Below, in pieces: positions 22,201 to 32,900 of a DNA stretch of 64,000 nucleotides; the stretch's first letter is position 1; every line of letters begins with the position of its first letter. The notes beneath the pieces are model-generated. The model was not told the origin of the DNA and ran no database searches. It saw only the letters and a program-made list of their open reading frames with translations. Both the position numbers and the translations under genes were made by a program. Source of the stretch: a virus; the IMG/VR virus record IMGVR_UViG_3300020472_000018, positions 11,930 through 75,929 of that record; one strand, given 5' to 3'.

Positions 22201-24915
22201 AATCTATTTGTTTATAGAACAGAAACAATTCTACCATATGTTGAAGGATCACAAGATGGTGTTTTCCACTTGTATGTTCTGAATAGTAATAATGCTATAG
22301 AAGAAGAATTTACAACTGCAAAATACAATCAGAATGTTGTTAACCTTTATCCTCAATTAGATCGAGATAATGTAAATGACAATCCAGAGGAAGCAACTAG
22401 TTATGCTAAGAGAAATCCAATTGGTGATGTAGTTACTAATGATCTTAAAAAGAGTATTACTAGAGAAACAACTAATAAGTTATTGAATACCTTTGGAATT
22501 TCAAATACTATTAGTGATGTATCTGATAATACTACAACTGCTGTTCTAACATTTACAAAAGAACATGATTTAAATGGTTTAAAATATGGTGGAACTTTAC
22601 AAGGTGGATCTGGACATACTGATGGTACATATTATAATGTAAAATTATTTGATGATGCATCTGCACCATCTTCTGCTGTTTGGAAAGGTGCTACTGCTAA
22701 AGTTGTTGTTAGTGGTGGATCAGTTACTGAATATGATATAACAGAATCGGGATCTGGATATAAGAGTTCACTATCTCCATTATATTTTGATTCATCACTT
22801 ACAGATCAAGGTGGTATTGGTGGTGCTCCCCAATCAAACATTGCTATTGCTGATGTAAACATTAGTTTAGCAACTAATAGTTATGTTCAGGTAACTGGTA
22901 TTAGTACAGGAACTGATAATTATTTCAGAATTAATGATGTTACTGATATTAATAAGATTAATATTAATAAAACTGCAAGTGAGGTTATTCTTGAAGGGCA
23001 GAGTGTTGTTAGTTTAGGTGAGGTAATTGAAATAACTGGAACTCCTACTCATGTAGGATCTACAAAAGTTACTACATTTAGTACTACAAAGGCACATGGA
23101 TTATCTGAAGGAAATGCTATTAGAATTTTAAATGCTTCTGATTCTAATCTTGGAGACTTTATTGTAGAATCTGTTATTGATGTAGATACATTTACCGCAG
23201 TTACTAGTACTATAGGAATAACATCTCCAAAATATATTCTTAAGCATGGATTATCTGCTAATAATTCACAATCTGGAAAGGATGGAGAGAGATTAGGAAC
23301 AAGAGGATTATCATTCTTTGATAATGAATCTTTAATCTTAAATCAATCAATTACTACTCAAGATGAATTTAAGGTTACTTTATCCGATGGAACTACAACT
23401 GCTGCATCTATTCAAGCAAGATTCCCATTAGGATCATTTATTCAAATTGATAGTGAGATAATGAGAATTATCGATGAAACTATCGGTAATCAAACTACAA
23501 TTAAGGTTATTCGTGGTGCATTAGGTACTATTGTTGATAATCACGTTATTAATTCTCAGATTAAGAAGATTAAACCACTTCCTGTTGAATTAAGAAGACC
23601 TTCTATACTTCGTGCATCTGGTCATACCTTTGAATATCTTGGTTATGGTCCAGGTAACTACTCAACTGGTTTACCTCAAGTTCAACTTAAGACTCTAACT
23701 GAAAGAGAAGAATTCTTATCACAATCACAAGAAATGTCTTGTGGTACTGTTGTTTACACAGGTATGAATGATAAGGGTGATTTCTATATTGGAAACACTA
23801 AGATTTCATCTGACTCTGGTGAGCAGATAACATTTGATATTCCAGTTCCAACTGTAACAGGTGAAGATCCAAGTACACTTAGTGTTGTATTTGATGAAGT
23901 AATCATTAAAGATAGACTACTTGTTGAAGGTGGTGCATCTAAACAAATACTATCTCAGTTTAATGGTCCAGTTACATTCAATGGAAATGTAAGATTCAAT
24001 AAGGATCTTAGAATTACTAAGAAATTAATTGTTGATGGTGAAAGTAGATTTACTAATGGAACAGAAGCTACATCTGCATGTGGTGGAGTACCATCTGGTG
24101 GTGTAATTATTGAAGGTGGTATTTCTATAGGTAATAAGTTATCTACCTCACAAAGAGCAATAAGTGTTCTTGAGGGTAATGTTAGTTTATGTAATACTAC
24201 TGACAGTACAAGTGTTGATTCAGGATCTTTCATTACAGATGGTGGAGCTGGATTTGCTAAAAATGTACATATTGGTGGTATTCTAGATGTTAGTGCTAAT
24301 ATTAATGCTGATGGTGGTTTACATTTACCCGATAATGATGTTTTAACTGCTGGTGCAACTGCTTCCAATTCTCACTTTGCTATCTGGCACAATGTTAGTG
24401 GTTCAGGTACTCGTACCAATATTATCAGAGATAATACTGCTGCAAACATATACATTCAGAGTGATGCTAATGTTGAGATAACCAACAAAAATAATACTGA
24501 GCAAGGTTTAATTTATACTGCTGGAGCAGGTATTCAATTACGACATCAAGGTCAACTAAGACTTGAAACTAATTCTAGTGGAATTAAAGTACATGATGAT
24601 ATAGAAGCTATAGGTGATATTACTGCATTCTTAGCTTCTGATAGAAGATTAAAGGATAATATAACACCTATTCCTAATGCTCTTAAAAAGGTTCTTTCAA
24701 TTAGTGGTAATACATTTGATTGGAATGAAGCATCTAAGAATGAAGGTAAAGGAGATACTGGTGTAATTGCTCAAGAGATTGAAGCATTAGATTTACCTGG
24801 TGTAACTACTATTAGAGATGATGGTACACACGCTGTTGCTTATGAAAAACTTGTTCCTCTCCTAATAGAAGCAATTAAGGAATTGAATTCTAAAGTTGAT
24901 GCTTTTCATTCATAA
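19228..24915 (+). CDS. Large tail fibre with C-terminal peptidase S74-like intramolecular chaperone
   Basis: MPLNKLENF..ILYVNP N-terminus typical of cyanomyovirus fibres; SDRRLKDNI..FDW..GVIAQEI..YEKLVPLLIEAIKEL end. Confidence 0.85.
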   Translation: MPLNKLENFIKNSEGRILYVNPNDLDATDGIENQGNSLTKPFKTIQRALIESARFSYLKGNDNDIVEKTTILLFPGEHLIDNRPGFGIKDVNGTATAISPSSSESGAQNTLTLTLNSNFDLTQENNILYKYNSTEGGVIVPRGTSIVGLDLRKTKIRPKYVPNPTDDNVKPTAIFRVTGACYFWQFSIFDGDDSTLVYTDPTNFSTSNQSKPIFSHHKLTCFEYADGINKLDNFGGLTDLDVYYSKLSNAYNRASIRDIDEKFPVASQGFAKSRPEYEIVGAFSSDRIQIQNIISGDGNTAGQVVTVTTAVPHQLSGDTPIKIEGVNELAYNISTKVQNVLNETQFTYLLPYVPPNLKAGPSGGLSAGSAEVSVEVDTVTGASPYIFNCSLRSVLGMCGMKADGAKATGFRSMVVAQFTGVSLQKDDRAFVKYNPNSRSYDGITYQRQTGELLSSEASSLNQATVYHLDKDAVYRDGWKTAHITLENDAVLQIVSVFAIGYHIHFLMKSGGDASITNSNSNFGQFALAASGFKKESFAKDNKGYITSIITPKAVVSPESVIDLTQLDTSVNQDYKAADSSPWTDSKSKLFMLGQTNGNLKPTDIAQGFRIGARFNEKIYVDLANGTKTEATISMSKKTGTTTVNGVEYDITATVDITSEKSYEGVHNDTTQGSASLVHKLTLSQPNGNPHDLNNGESIRIIAESGDLPEGIDPHRKYYAITSEKNGSRQDSIQLSQWEIQIASSKTNAERTTPAYIKSVSNPAAGKLKVISRVSDKKPGELGHPMQFDGVKQNWFTHVSVNNNTIWDNFADLDANDEDIPYILRRTDDRSLDDKLYKIRYVIPKELENARNPNDSFVIQDSSSTNVRFDADFTRTSIGSTDYDYHRNLRFVSHLDYNSTTKIVTIRSDKSHNLNAGEQIILKNITDTINTNGAADKGYNGTFLVNSIINDKTFTYKTTDVLGNVRNVGTYNNDTNIRNTGLPRFERNDNKENLFVYRTETILPYVEGSQDGVFHLYVLNSNNAIEEEFTTAKYNQNVVNLYPQLDRDNVNDNPEEATSYAKRNPIGDVVTNDLKKSITRETTNKLLNTFGISNTISDVSDNTTTAVLTFTKEHDLNGLKYGGTLQGGSGHTDGTYYNVKLFDDASAPSSAVWKGATAKVVVSGGSVTEYDITESGSGYKSSLSPLYFDSSLTDQGGIGGAPQSNIAIADVNISLATNSYVQVTGISTGTDNYFRINDVTDINKININKTASEVILEGQSVVSLGEVIEITGTPTHVGSTKVTTFSTTKAHGLSEGNAIRILNASDSNLGDFIVESVIDVDTFTAVTSTIGITSPKYILKHGLSANNSQSGKDGERLGTRGLSFFDNESLILNQSITTQDEFKVTLSDGTTTAASIQARFPLGSFIQIDSEIMRIIDETIGNQTTIKVIRGALGTIVDNHVINSQIKKIKPLPVELRRPSILRASGHTFEYLGYGPGNYSTGLPQVQLKTLTEREEFLSQSQEMSCGTVVYTGMNDKGDFYIGNTKISSDSGEQITFDIPVPTVTGEDPSTLSVVFDEVIIKDRLLVEGGASKQILSQFNGPVTFNGNVRFNKDLRITKKLIVDGESRFTNGTEATSACGGVPSGGVIIEGGISIGNKLSTSQRAISVLEGNVSLCNTTDSTSVDSGSFITDGGAGFAKNVHIGGILDVSANINADGGLHLPDNDVLTAGATASNSHFAIWHNVSGSGTRTNIIRDNTAANIYIQSDANVEITNKNNTEQGLIYTAGAGIQLRHQGQLRLETNSSGIKVHDDIEAIGDITAFLASDRRLKDNITPIPNALKKVLSISGNTFDWNEASKNEGKGDTGVIAQEIEALDLPGVTTIRDDGTHAVAYEKLVPLLIEAIKELNSKVDAFHS

Positions 24916-24921
24916 TAAATA
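24915..24921 (+). promoter_or_regulatory. T4-like late promoter
   Basis: ATAAATA upstream of 24942. Confidence 0.55.
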
Positions 24922-24941
24922 ACTAAAAAATTAGTATATAA

Positions 24942-26972
24942 ATGGCTAATATCAAGAAGGCATTCAATTTCAGAAATGGTGTCCAGGTTGATGATGACAA
25001 TCTGATCGTAAATGCAAATGGCTTGGTTGGAGTGGGAACTACCGTTCCGACTGAGGCTTTGGATGTCCGAGGTAAAGTCAAAGTAATTCAAGATCCAAAT
25101 GTTGTTGGATCTGGTTTGATAAACGCTACATCTGGTATAATTACATCTCTTACTGTAACAGATACTTTAATTGTAAATTCAAGTAATATAAGTTCTGGAC
25201 AAGTTGGTGAAGGTGTTGCTGTAGGATCTCCTGCTGGAATTGTAACTGCTACTTCTTCTGGTATTGTTACTTATTATGGAGATGGTTCTAGTTTAGATGG
25301 TTTACCAACATCTCAATGGGATAATGTTGATGTTGGGTTAGGATATACAAGCATATATGCGAGGGGTAACGTAGGTGTGGGGACTGTAGATCCTCGATTT
25401 ACCCTCCAAGTTGGTGGAAATAATGGTTTAACTCTTGTTGATGGTGTAGGAATTAATTCTACAGGTGGTATATTAGCAACTGGTGTTGTTACTGCTACTA
25501 CTTTCAAAGGAAATGTTAGTGGAGATATATCTAGTGGTTTATCTACTATTACTCAACTAGAAAATACAAATACGAATACTGTAGGTGTTGTAACTGCTGG
25601 ATCTGGATTTGTTGGTGATTTAACAGGTAATGTTACTTCTGGTAATAGTGCTCTTGGTATTGCAACTGCATCTAGCCTTGATGTTAGTGGTAGTGTAACT
25701 GGTATTGCATTTACTGGTCCTTTATCTGGTAATGTTACTGGTAATGTTACTGGAGATCTTACAGGTGATGTTACTAGTGGTTTATCATCTATTACTAGAA
25801 TAGAAACTACTTATATTAATTCTTCAACAACAACTGGTGTTGTTACAACAGGAAGAGTTATTGCTACAAGTGCTAACTTAGGAATTTCAACTGCTTCTAC
25901 TTTTAATGTATCTGGTAAGTTGGGTGTAGGTATTAATGCACCTGAACATAATGTAGAAGTTTATAGTGCAGGTATATCTTCTGTAACTGTTATTGGACAA
26001 AGAAATTCAGTATTATCTCTCTGCCAAAGAATTCCACCTACTACTGGTGTAGGTGATAGTATGGGTGGTATTAGATTTGGTAATGAAGCTAAATCTTTTG
26101 ATATATTTAATGGTGATACTGGTAATATTAATCAGTATTTGCATCTAGGTGCTTTTGTTGGTGTTAATACTGGAAATTATAACTGGTATCATAGATCAAC
26201 TACCAACTTGATGACTCTTACTTATGATGGTAAATTAGGTATAGGTAAGTCTCAACCAGATTCAAAACTGGACGTAGTTGGTGTATCATCCTTTACAGGA
26301 AATGTTTCTGTAATTGGAGATTTAGAGGTTACTGGTGCTTTTACTGGAACTGCTTCTATTCCTGATATTATAAATGGATCTAATATTAATTCAATATCTG
26401 GTATTTCAACATTTAATAAGTTAAATGTTGCAGGTAGTGTTGGTTTATCTACTTTAGCAATAGGTGTTGCTATTGAAGATACTAAAGCAAATATTGATGC
26501 AAGAGGAAGTACTGCATTAATTAGTAGAGTTGCTATTGGAGCTTCAATAGAAAATATTGGTGATAGTAATGTATTGGTAGGTGGTCCTGCAAACTTTGCT
26601 TCTGGTATAGGTATTAACACATCTCTTACTGGAATAACATCTATACGTGTTGCTGATACTCCGATTGATATTGGAGCATCAAATATTACTCTTGATCGTT
26701 CAAACCTTATCTTAGAGAATACTTCTGGAATTGTAGTAAAAGGTGAAGGTAATGTTGGTTCTGGTGTAGCACAACCTAGAGCAGCAGTTGACTTTGGTGA
26801 TGCTGGAAATATTTTAGGTAGGTATGTAATTTTACCAAGAGTAACTACTACTGAGAGGGGTAATCTTACCAATATAACTAGTACTGGAGTTGAAGCTGGA
26901 GCATTGATTTTCAATACTTCAACTAATAAGTTCCAAGGTTATACTGGAAGTACTTGGGTTGATCTACACTAA
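24942..26972 (+). CDS. Tail fibre protein
   Basis: FNFRNGVQVD start, VGVGT..P and G.VTG repeats, LPRVTTTER..GALIFN..FQGY end. Confidence 0.8.
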   Translation: MANIKKAFNFRNGVQVDDDNLIVNANGLVGVGTTVPTEALDVRGKVKVIQDPNVVGSGLINATSGIITSLTVTDTLIVNSSNISSGQVGEGVAVGSPAGIVTATSSGIVTYYGDGSSLDGLPTSQWDNVDVGLGYTSIYARGNVGVGTVDPRFTLQVGGNNGLTLVDGVGINSTGGILATGVVTATTFKGNVSGDISSGLSTITQLENTNTNTVGVVTAGSGFVGDLTGNVTSGNSALGIATASSLDVSGSVTGIAFTGPLSGNVTGNVTGDLTGDVTSGLSSITRIETTYINSSTTTGVVTTGRVIATSANLGISTASTFNVSGKLGVGINAPEHNVEVYSAGISSVTVIGQRNSVLSLCQRIPPTTGVGDSMGGIRFGNEAKSFDIFNGDTGNINQYLHLGAFVGVNTGNYNWYHRSTTNLMTLTYDGKLGIGKSQPDSKLDVVGVSSFTGNVSVIGDLEVTGAFTGTASIPDIINGSNINSISGISTFNKLNVAGSVGLSTLAIGVAIEDTKANIDARGSTALISRVAIGASIENIGDSNVLVGGPANFASGIGINTSLTGITSIRVADTPIDIGASNITLDRSNLILENTSGIVVKGEGNVGSGVAQPRAAVDFGDAGNILGRYVILPRVTTTERGNLTNITSTGVEAGALIFNTSTNKFQGYTGSTWVDLH

Positions 26973-26984
26973 AGGGAATCATTA

Positions 26985-29900
26985 ATGGCAAGAAAGAATT
27001 ATCAGGTCAAGGCTAAAGATGGTACTTGTTGGCAAAAGATACATCATTTTCTATGTTGTACAACTTATAATGAATTAAATATTCCAGATCGTGAGTGTCT
27101 TTGTAAAGATGATGCTAAGTATGATGAAACTATTGGTACATATCAATTATCTCTTGCAGAAGCAGAAGAATTAAGAAAACACCCAGACATTCAATATGTT
27201 GAATTAGATTCCACATTCCATGCACATGAAATGGGATCTAAAGGTGGTCATATGAATGAAGATATAGAATGGCATTCTAATAGGTTTGGTAAGAATGTAA
27301 AAAATTATAGAGATTTGCATTACGTTCCTGATACTCCACAGTTAGTTCAGAGTTCATTGATGACTATTACTGGTCAGTCGGGTCAAGGAACTACTAATTG
27401 GATTAAAGTTAAAGATGTGCATCCTAATACTGATGCACTGAATTATTGGCAGTTGGTGGGATTTCCTTTGATATATGATTATGCTGTATATCCAAGTGCC
27501 CCTACAAATGCTAATGATCCTGATCCTTTAAGAAATTCAACTCAGACTGGAAGTAATCTTATTACCATCTCATCTACAGGACCTTATCAACTTTTTGTAG
27601 CAGCAGATGGTGAGTATGCTTCTATAGAGTGGATTAGAGATGATGGATATAAAATTTTCCCAGATTTAACTTCTGGTCGAAGACAGTATCCTGCTAATAC
27701 TATGGATCTAATACCAAACATACCTGCAGGAATGGAGAATTTTTATAGTGGTTGGAATGGTAGAACTGATGGAAAAACAGGTACAACTAAAGAAATTATA
27801 GATTCTTCTCTTTATTGGGGAATAAAATATCAAATCATTAATTTAGGTATTTTAAAAGCAGGAACCCATACAATTACTTATCAAATAAGAAATGGTAGTC
27901 ATGGTGATCCTAATAAAGAAGATTGGAATAATAACCCTGGTGGAATTGCTTGGCAGATTTATAGTATGGGTGGATACACTGCGGATTATTATACTCAGCA
28001 AGGTATTTCGGGAGATTATAAGAGTTATGTATCAGATGTAAATTATATAATTGGTACTTCAACTTGGGATTCTGCAGAATGGAATAGAACTGGTTATCAA
28101 TTATTGAGATGTCAAGAAAGTTCGACTACTAATCCTTGGGCAAGTAGTACTCGTACAGTTAAAAATCAAGATATTCAATATACAAATGATGGTTTAGATG
28201 TTGATGTAGTAGTAACAGATAATGGACATTGGTTTGCACATCCAGAATTTTGTACTGGTGAGAATGATCCACCAAACTATATTTCAGGTAATGTATTAAA
28301 TCGTTCAGGTAAATGTGGTGTCTTGGATATGATTTTAGACGCACCATATTATCTTGATCCTGAATGGTTTGATTCAGATCCTTCTAATAGATTAACTACT
28401 CGTTGGGATGGTACAAGAGTTCCTGTAGAAAGTGTGGCAAGAGCTTGGTGGTATAGTGCATCACTTAGATCACGGATATCAACAGGACAATCATACGATT
28501 TTCCTGATTTTGGTGGTTTTGCTATCTCTGCTACTTATACTAGAGCATATTGTAATGGTACTAAAACAAATGTTCCATCAATTTTTTCTCGTGGTGATCA
28601 TGGAACTCCTTGTGCTTCCCAAGCTTATGGTAAGAATTATGGGTGGGCTTTTAATGCTAATAAGTGGTCTATTACTTTGTGGGCCGTAACTAGTACAGTT
28701 ACTTATAGAGTAACTCAAATATTTCATAAGCATAAACCAAATAATCCTAAGTTTAATACAAAAAATCCAACAATTTCATCTAATAGTTGGGGGAAAACGA
28801 GTAGAAATCTTTTGGATAATGATGATGTCTATACTTATGAATATAGGGGAACTGCGTATGGTCAAACTGATCAGAATATAAAGGATGGGGTTTCTATACC
28901 TGGTGGAGTTTCTAAGATTCTAGATATCCCACACTTTATAAAGCAAGGTGGTGGACGTGAAAGTATATCTTATCTAAACACTTTTACTCCAACCCCAGAT
29001 CAAACCTTTATTAAACTTCCTTACTCTAGAGGACAGTCTTTGGAAGCAGGAGAGGAGAATGCTTTAAAAGCTGCTATTACTGAGGGAGTTATCTTTTCTT
29101 TTTCTTCTGGTAATCAGGCATTTTATCTTACACAAGAAGGTGATGTGGATCATAATAATAAAGTGATTAAAGAAAATGGGACAGAATGGTACATTCATAG
29201 AGCTCCTTATCCAATGGGAGTAAAGGATGATTCTGGTTATGATTTATTTTCTATTGGTGCTATTGATAATGAATTAAAAAGTAGATGGTCATTAACATCT
29301 GACACGATTTTTAAGGATAAAGGAACTGGTACAACAAGTAAATATCAAAACGATAATATTGAGACTTTAGCTAGAGGCAGTGCTGGAAAAAAAGTTCTTA
29401 GTGCTGCTGGAAATAATGATTTAAAATTTGCAGAATGTGGGATGGCTAATATTGAATCGATGGTGGACAGTGAGGATTATAGTAATAGAGGAAATCATAT
29501 AGATTTTTATGCTCCTGCTGATGGTACACTAGCTGCAGATATTGCAATTAATTATGCTACTGATACACAAAACCCCTCTACTGGAGGTGATGGACCACAC
29601 CGTATGGAGATAGTTAGAGGTGAAATAGTCACAGGCAATAATCGTTTTTGTGACACTCAATTTAGTGGAACTTCCTCTGCTTGTCCTGTAACTGTTGGAT
29701 TACTGGCTTGTGCTATGCAGCAGAATAGAGGTTGGTCTTGTACTCAATTAAAAACATATTTAAAACAACAAATTTCTCCAGAAACTAGTAGTACTTTTTA
29801 TCTAGGATATGAACCTGGATCAAATCCAGACTCTTTGAAATGGGCAGCTGATTTTACTACAAATGAAACTGATGTTAGAATAATTAGAGAGATTTCTGGT

Positions 29901-32900
29901 TCAAAAACAACACCTAATCCAGTTTATGAAGCAACTAGTGGATTAGCTCCATCTAGACCAAATTTAAATGAAAGGTTTAGTGTTACTTCTGGTTCTGCTA
30001 AAGTTAAGATTATTGGAATTAGAGAATTTACAGGTTCTGACGCTGGAAATCCTGTTGAATTAAGAATTGGTAATGGGTATTATTTGATGCAAATTACAAC
30101 AGATACAGCATATTCGTATGGTAGTTTTGCTAATACAACAATAGCAGGTTATAAATTTAAAATTAAAGAAGGTAGTAATGATCAAGTTATTCAAGTAAGC
30201 GATAATAATGGATCATCTTGGACTGCTCTTGAAATAAGTACTGTAAATGGTAATTTTGTAATCGGATCTCAAGGTGAAGTATATTACTACTTAAATGTTG
30301 ATGATAGTGTAGGATTACCTGAACAACCCTCTAATCCAACTTATGTTATAAATCTTTCTCCTAGTACTAGTGTTAATGAAGGTAGTACGCTTGTTACTAC
30401 TATTACTACTACAGACGTTGATAGTTTTACTCCTTTATATTGGAGATTAGATGGAGCAGGAATTAATAGTTCTGATTTCTCTTCAGGATCATTAACTGGA
30501 TTTGGAATTGTTAATAGTCAAGGATCATTCCAGTTTAGTCATACTCTTGCTAACGATTTAACTACCGAAGGAACACAAACTCTTAATGTAAAATTATTTA
30601 CTGATAGTTCAAGGCAAATACAGGTTGCTACTACTTCTATTCAAATTATTGATACATCTATTTCTTCATCATATGCAATATCTCCTACAAAAACTACTCC
30701 AAATGAAGGGGAAACTTTTTCATATGGTATTGGAACATCAGGTGTTGCTAATGGTACTACTTTATATTGGGAAATAACTGGAAGTGTTATGTCCTCTACC
30801 GATTTTACTCCTTCTTCTTTAACTGGTAGTGTAACAATTAATAATAATGGTGCTGCTGTTACTAAAACTATTAGAGAAGATTTAGTCACAGAAGGTAATG
30901 AGAGAATAATTTTTAAAGTATATACTGATGCTGGTAGAACAAACGAGGTTGCTAGTAATAATTCTGTAGTTATTCAAGATACATCAACAGCTCCTACTAC
31001 ACCTACCTATACTATTACTCCTTCAAATACTACTCTGAATGAAGGAGATACTCTTACAACAAGTGTAACAACGCAAAATGTTTCTAATGGAACTACTCTT
31101 TATTGGTTAATAGATCAACATACTGGAGCAATAAACACATCTGATTTTTCTAACGGAATGAGTGGATCTGTATCAATTAATAATGGTTCAGCTAGCTTTA
31201 CTAACACCATTGTTGCTGATAATTTAACTGAGGGTGAAGAAAAATTTGCAATTAAATTATATACTGATTCTGGTCATACTAATAATGTAGCAAATACATC
31301 TACAATCACAATTACTGATACTTCTCAATCTAAAACTTATAGTCTTTCTGCAAGTAGTACAACTCTAAATGAAGGTTCTACTGTTACTACAACAGTAACA
31401 ACTACTAATGTTTCTAATGGAACAGTTTTATATTGGGAACTATCAGGAACTGGTATAACATCTTCCGATTTCTCGTCAGGATCATTAACTGGATCTGGAA
31501 CTATTAATGCACAAGGAACTTTTAATTTTAGTCATACTCTTGATAATGATGTAACACTTGAAGGAAGTGAAACTATTGCTGTTAGATTATATACCGATTC
31601 TGGAAGAACAACTCAGGTTGGTAATACACTTAGTATTATTGTTAATGATACTTCTATACCTCAAGCAACATATAGTATAAGTCCTAATCCAACATCTGTA
31701 AATGAAGGTTCTTCATTCACAACAACAGTAACAACAACTAATGTATCTAATGGAACTACTTTATATTGGAGATTAGAAGGTACTAATATTGATGGTAATG
31801 ATTTTTCTACAGGAGCATTAACTGGATCTGGATCTATATCTAATAATACATTTAACTTTACTCATACTCTTGCTAGTGATGCAACAACTGAAGGAAGTGA
31901 AACCATTGCAGTTAAATTATATGTAGATTCTGCAAGAACAGTTAAGGTTGCTGAGGCTAGTGTTACTATTAATGATACATCTCAAACTCCTTCAACACCT
32001 ACTTATGTTATATCTCCATCCAAAACTTCAATAAATGAAGGAGAAACTCTTACAACTACAGTTACTACAAGTAATGTTGCTGATGGAACTACTTTATATT
32101 GGCAATTAGATCAGCATACTGGATCTGTAAGTGCTGCTGATTTTTCTTCAGGTGCTTGGAATGGTGCTGGTACGACATCAAGTAGTCAATTTACTTTCCA
32201 ACATACTGTTGCTGCTGATACAACAACAGAAGGAGAAGAAAAGTTTGCGATTGTATTAGCTACTGATGCTGGTTTTAGTAATATTGTAGCAACTTCAACA
32301 GTAATTACAATTAATGATACTTCAACTGATTCTGCTACTCCTACATATTCACTTTCTTCAAATTTAGATCCAGTTAATGAAGGACAATTCCTTTCTATTA
32401 CAGTAACAACTACTAATGTTGCATCAAATACAACTTTATATTGGCAATTTAGTGGTACAAATATAACTGCATCTGATTTTAATGAAGGAATTTTAGAAAG
32501 TAATATCGTTACTGATGCTACTGGTTCTAAGGCATTTGGTACTACTCTTAGAAATGATATTCTAACAGAAGGATCAGAAACTATGATGGTTAAGTTATTT
32601 ACTGATTCTGCAAGAACAACTCAGGTTGGTAATACACTCAGTATTACTATTAATGATACATCAACATCTCAAGCACCAACCTATAGTATATCTCCAAGTG
32701 TAACTCAGTTGAATGAGGGGCAATCATTTACAACAACAGTAACAACAACTAATGTTAATGATGGAGTTACTTTATATTGGATAATAGATGAGCATACTGG
32801 AACTATAAATGCTGGTGATTTTTCTTCAGGTGCATTAAGTGGATCTGGAAATATTTCTAGTGGTGGTTTTGCTTTCTCTCATACTGTTGCGGAGGATGCT

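Noticed and set aside
26252-26914. 220-aa antisense ORF (also 23955-24368, 15183-15665 and similar)
   Set aside because: Lies opposite a clear fibre gene; explained by codon bias; no recognisable motifs.
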